From Acidobacteriota bacterium (GTDB taxonomy: Bacteria > Acidobacteriota > CAIWXX01), in assembly GCA_040755995.1 (NCBI GenBank), contig JBFMAF010000020.1:32001-96000 (forward strand): a DNA stretch of 64,000 nucleotides, read 5' to 3'. The notes beneath the pieces were generated by a model, which saw nothing but the letters and a program-made list of their open reading frames with translations, had not been told where the DNA came from and ran no database searches. The position numbers were made by a program, and so were the translations under genes. Positions 61,153 through 64,000 of the stretch are shown here, piece by piece. The stretch's first letter is position 1. The number at the start of each line of letters is the position of its first letter.

Positions 61153-61839
61153 TCAGCCGCGCTGCAGCGGGAAGGTGCCGCGGTGACCTAGCGTCCTGCC
61201 CAGCCAGTACCGCGTGAACGGGTAGTAAAGGTAGTGAGAAATCTTGGAGAACGGAACGTAGAGAAGGAAGAAGCTTGTCGCGAGCAGATAGGCGATGACG
61301 TAGCGATCGCCCTCGATCCTGCCCACTATGCTCGCCTCCGCGAAAACGCCGAGCAGGAACCAGATCGTCAGCATGATGACCGAGAAGTAGTCGTCGGGTG
61401 TCGAAATCAGCCGCATCACCGGCCGCACCACCCGGCGCACGATCCGATACAGGCCGATCGCGAACGCAGCCAAGAGCAGTGCCATCGTCGCATTGGCGAT
61501 GATCGGTATCTGAAGGAACGAACGGCTCAGGGTTGAGAGAAACGCGAGGCCGATACCGGCCGCGACACCGAGATGGAACAACGCGAACGTAAGATAGAAA
61601 GCGAATCCCCGGCGAGTGCTCTCCATCCCCCAGGGCATGAGAACGTTTGCGAGCGAGTAGTAGGCGCCGCGCCGGGCATCGGTGCGCCCCGGATTGCCGG
61701 GCGCCTGCCGGTCGCGGGTGGCGCGGAACGACAGCAGCCAGCGGATGCGCATGGTGTACACGACGGCCATGACGCCGAGCGCCACCCAGTGGATCACCTC
61801 CACCGTGCCCAGCAGGCCGGAAGGTTCGTGGACGGGCAT
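61153..61839 (-). CDS. HmcE/TmcC/NarI-like membrane subunit
   Basis: GGAGGT RBS; PWGMESTR, LFHLG, RLISTPDDYFS, YVPFSKISHY; about 5 TM helices. Confidence 0.85.
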   Translation of the reverse strand: MPVHEPSGLLGTVEVIHWVALGVMAVVYTMRIRWLLSFRATRDRQAPGNPGRTDARRGAYYSLANVLMPWGMESTRRGFAFYLTFALFHLGVAAGIGLAFLSTLSRSFLQIPIIANATMALLLAAFAIGLYRIVRRVVRPVMRLISTPDDYFSVIMLTIWFLLGVFAEASIVGRIEGDRYVIAYLLATSFFLLYVPFSKISHYLYYPFTRYWLGRTLGHRGTFPLQRG

Positions 61840-61840
61840 A

Positions 61841-62368
61841 TCAGTTACCTCCTTGGATCTGCGCGGCAAACGGCTTGTACTCGCGCGAGTCCACCGCAAC
61901 GAAGATGACTTCGCGCAGGTTCGAGCTGTTCTTCAGGTGCTCCTTGACCGCGGACACCAGAACCTTGGCGCTCAGATCCAGGGGCACCTGGTATAGGCCC
62001 GTTCCGAGCGGAGGCAGCGCGAGAGTCTTCATGCCTTTCTCCTCGGCTCGCGCGAGCACCGCCCCGACTGCCTTCTCCAGCTTCCCCTTCGTCTCGGGCT
62101 CGCAAAACTTCGGGCCGTTCACGTGGATGATGTTCTTCGCCTTGAGCTTGCCGCCGGACGTCACGATCGCCTCGCCGGTGGCGCACTTGCCGGCAGCGGC
62201 CAGCTGATCCTGGATCGCTTTGCCACCGCGCGATCCGATCGCGCCTCCATAGCCGGATCCGAGCCGGCAGTCCTCGGTGATGTCATACACGAAGGCATCC
62301 ACCTCCATGTCCGTGATGTCACCCCGGACCAGTTTGATGACCTTGTCACCGATCTTCTGTTCGATCAT
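61841..62368 (-). CDS. Macro domain protein (degenerate NAAN motif)
   Basis: GGAGG RBS, ATG at 62368; LVRGDITD, LGSGYGGAI..RGG, GEAIVT.GG.L.AK.IIHVNGP, LPPLGTGLY. Confidence 0.9.
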   Translation of the reverse strand: MIEQKIGDKVIKLVRGDITDMEVDAFVYDITEDCRLGSGYGGAIGSRGGKAIQDQLAAAGKCATGEAIVTSGGKLKAKNIIHVNGPKFCEPETKGKLEKAVGAVLARAEEKGMKTLALPPLGTGLYQVPLDLSAKVLVSAVKEHLKNSSNLREVIFVAVDSREYKPFAAQIQGGN

Positions 62369-62933
62369 AGTGCCACCCTCCTGGACATCCGCCGTCGTCA
62401 GTATGCGCGACTCCGGCGGACGATTGTTTGCCCTTGCCTTGCACGTTCCTGCCGGCTCCCGCCCTGCCGGGTTTCCTCGCGGTCCCCGGCTGGTCGATCC
62501 GGCTGCCGGCGAGCGCACACCGAACCCGCTCCACGTCCAGCAGGTCCGCCAGAGTGAACTCGTCCAGCGCCTCGGTGATCCTCTTGTTGATCAGCAGGTA
62601 CACCACCCGGCATTCGCACCTGGCGCTCTTCGCGCAGATGCTGGGGTTCTCGACACATTCGACGATGTTGATCGGCCCGAGCACCGACTCGATCACGTCC
62701 CTGACCGTGATCTCCTCGGGGCTCCGCGCCAGGCTGAACCCGCCGCCCTTCCCGCAGACGCCGCGCAGCAATCGGTGGGCGCGCAGCGCCACCGTGAGCT
62801 GCTCCAGATAGCCGCGGGACAGATGCGTCTGCTCGGCAACCGTGGCCAGGCTCATCGTCTCCTCGGTGCCGGCCGTGCGCGCCACCTCGATCATGAGCCG
62901 CAACGCATATCGCGGCCGCGTCGACAACCTCAT
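62346..62933 (-). CDS. Rrf2-family transcriptional regulator with Fe-S Cys motif
   Basis: MRLST..RYALRLM, YLEQL, G.GGGF.LARSPEEIT..DVI, ECVENPSICAKSARCEC, TLADL. Confidence 0.95.
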   Translation of the reverse strand: MRLSTRPRYALRLMIEVARTAGTEETMSLATVAEQTHLSRGYLEQLTVALRAHRLLRGVCGKGGGFSLARSPEEITVRDVIESVLGPINIVECVENPSICAKSARCECRVVYLLINKRITEALDEFTLADLLDVERVRCALAGSRIDQPGTARKPGRAGAGRNVQGKGKQSSAGVAHTDDGGCPGGWHYDRTEDR

Positions 62934-62939
62934 CGCATC

Positions 62940-63019
62940 TTTGTAATACGATTAATCCTATTTGTCAACCTATTTTAGTAGGAGTATAGTTCTGGTATTC
63001 CTACTCAATGGCTATGAAT
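62940..63019 (-). promoter_or_regulatory. Promoter and Rrf2-type operators of the rrf2-macro operon
   Basis: AT-rich; minus strand TTGACA (62963-62968)-N17-TACAAA; CCTA-N6-TAGG (62969-62982); ATTCCTA-N9-TATGAAT (62997-63019). Confidence 0.6.
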
Positions 63020-63137
63020 TTCGCATTCCCGAGCTCCAGACGCCGGCCGGCTTCCGTGTGTCCTCGCCGTTGTGTGCTACAGAGGCTTTGTTGAAGGCCG
63101 GTGGCGGGTATGATTGCGAATCCGGCTGATGAGCCGA

Positions 63138-64000
63138 TCAATGGTCGGCAAGCGCGATCTCTTGTGCCAGGACTGAGCCGTCGCAGCGGGGCTGCCAGGA
63201 GTAGGCGTTGCTGATGGCGTACAGGTCCATGTCCGCATACAGCGGTATCCACGGGAGATCCTCCACAAGCGCCCGCATGATCTCTTGCATCGAGCGCTTC
63301 CGTTCCTGCGGGTCGATCGCCTTCGCGCAGTCTTCGATGGCCCGGTCGATCGTGGGGTTCCGGTACCGGCCGTAGTTGGACCCGCCGTAGCGCCCGACCG
63401 GATCCGGGGAATGGATGCATGCTTCGAGGACGTCGCTGGCGTCGCCGGTGGCGCAGCCGAAGCGGGAGAGGAAGAACGAGGCGTCGTGGTTGTTGAGCGC
63501 GTCGAAGAACTCGGGGTCCTGCATCAGCTTGACCTCTACGCGAATCCCGACGGGGGCCAGTTGCTGGCGGACGAGGTCCGCGGTAGCGCGGAGTATCTGT
63601 CGAGAGTGCAGGGTGACCTCGAATCCTCTGGGGAACCCGGCGCTGGCCAGCAGACGCCTGGCCTCTGCCGGATCGCAGTGAGGCAGCGGCATGCTCGGGT
63701 CATACCCAAAAATGAAGCTCGGGACCGGCTGGGCCGCAGGGGTGGCGGGTGCGGCGAGATCTCTTACAAGGGAATCCCTATCGATCGCAAGCTGAATCGC
63801 CTGGCGCACGGCCCGGTTCCTGAAGGGGTTGGGCTTCGCACTGCAGTACGGGGTGTCGTCGCGCATGAGATCGTAGCCAAGGTATTTTACAAAAATGCTG
63901 TCGTGCTGCAGGATGTGGTATCCGCCGTGAGCCTTGACGGTGCGAGCCAGTCTCACGTCGTTGCTCTGCACGAATGCGCTCCGCCCCGACCCCATATCTC
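63138..64000 (-). CDS. ABC transporter substrate-binding protein, family 5 (5' part outside the window)
   Basis: NPF.N.AVRQAIQLAIDR, DPAEARRLLASAGFPRGF, QLAPVGIRV, NYGRYRNP.ID, LPWIPLY. Confidence 0.9.
   Translation of the reverse strand, partial: DMGSGRSAFVQSNDVRLARTVKAHGGYHILQHDSIFVKYLGYDLMRDDTPYCSAKPNPFRNRAVRQAIQLAIDRDSLVRDLAAPATPAAQPVPSFIFGYDPSMPLPHCDPAEARRLLASAGFPRGFEVTLHSRQILRATADLVRQQLAPVGIRVEVKLMQDPEFFDALNNHDASFFLSRFGCATGDASDVLEACIHSPDPVGRYGGSNYGRYRNPTIDRAIEDCAKAIDPQERKRSMQEIMRALVEDLPWIPLYADMDLYAISNAYSWQPRCDGSVLAQEIALADH

Overview
GC-rich bacterial chromosomal segment from a diderm organism. The Omp85/TamB protein, porin, Ser/Thr kinase-TPR relic and carboxypeptidase-regulatory-like domain suggest an Acidobacteriota-like anaerobe, which is an inference. 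About 47 genes were found: metabolism and housekeeping (pckA, lactate and amino-acid permeases, LemA-TPM operon, aldo-keto reductase, two radical SAM enzymes), a TamB-Omp85 fusion, a MacAB-like exporter with its own two-component system, and several secreted repeat proteins. No rRNA, tRNA, CRISPR array or transposase was seen. The most notable region is 52-63 kb, with two convergent heterodisulfide-reductase-like (DsrMK/HmcEF/TmcCB-type) membrane modules wired to phosphorelay parts. One of them is a single operon: Fe-S Rrf2 regulator, degenerate macrodomain, NarI-like membrane protein, CCG Fe-S protein fused to a receiver domain, soluble Cys-rich PAS-PAS kinase, and a stand-alone receiver. Other observations: 3-4 'hollowed-out' genes that keep both ends but lack the middle; a ~58-nt structured repeat present twice, starting at a stop codon and followed by heptamer tandem repeats; a doubled palindromic operator in front of an AAA-DUF4143 gene; a translationally coupled pair of paralogous exported proteins of unknown function; and one strongly basic module in each of three secreted proteins. 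All family calls come from motif recognition by eye, with no database searches.
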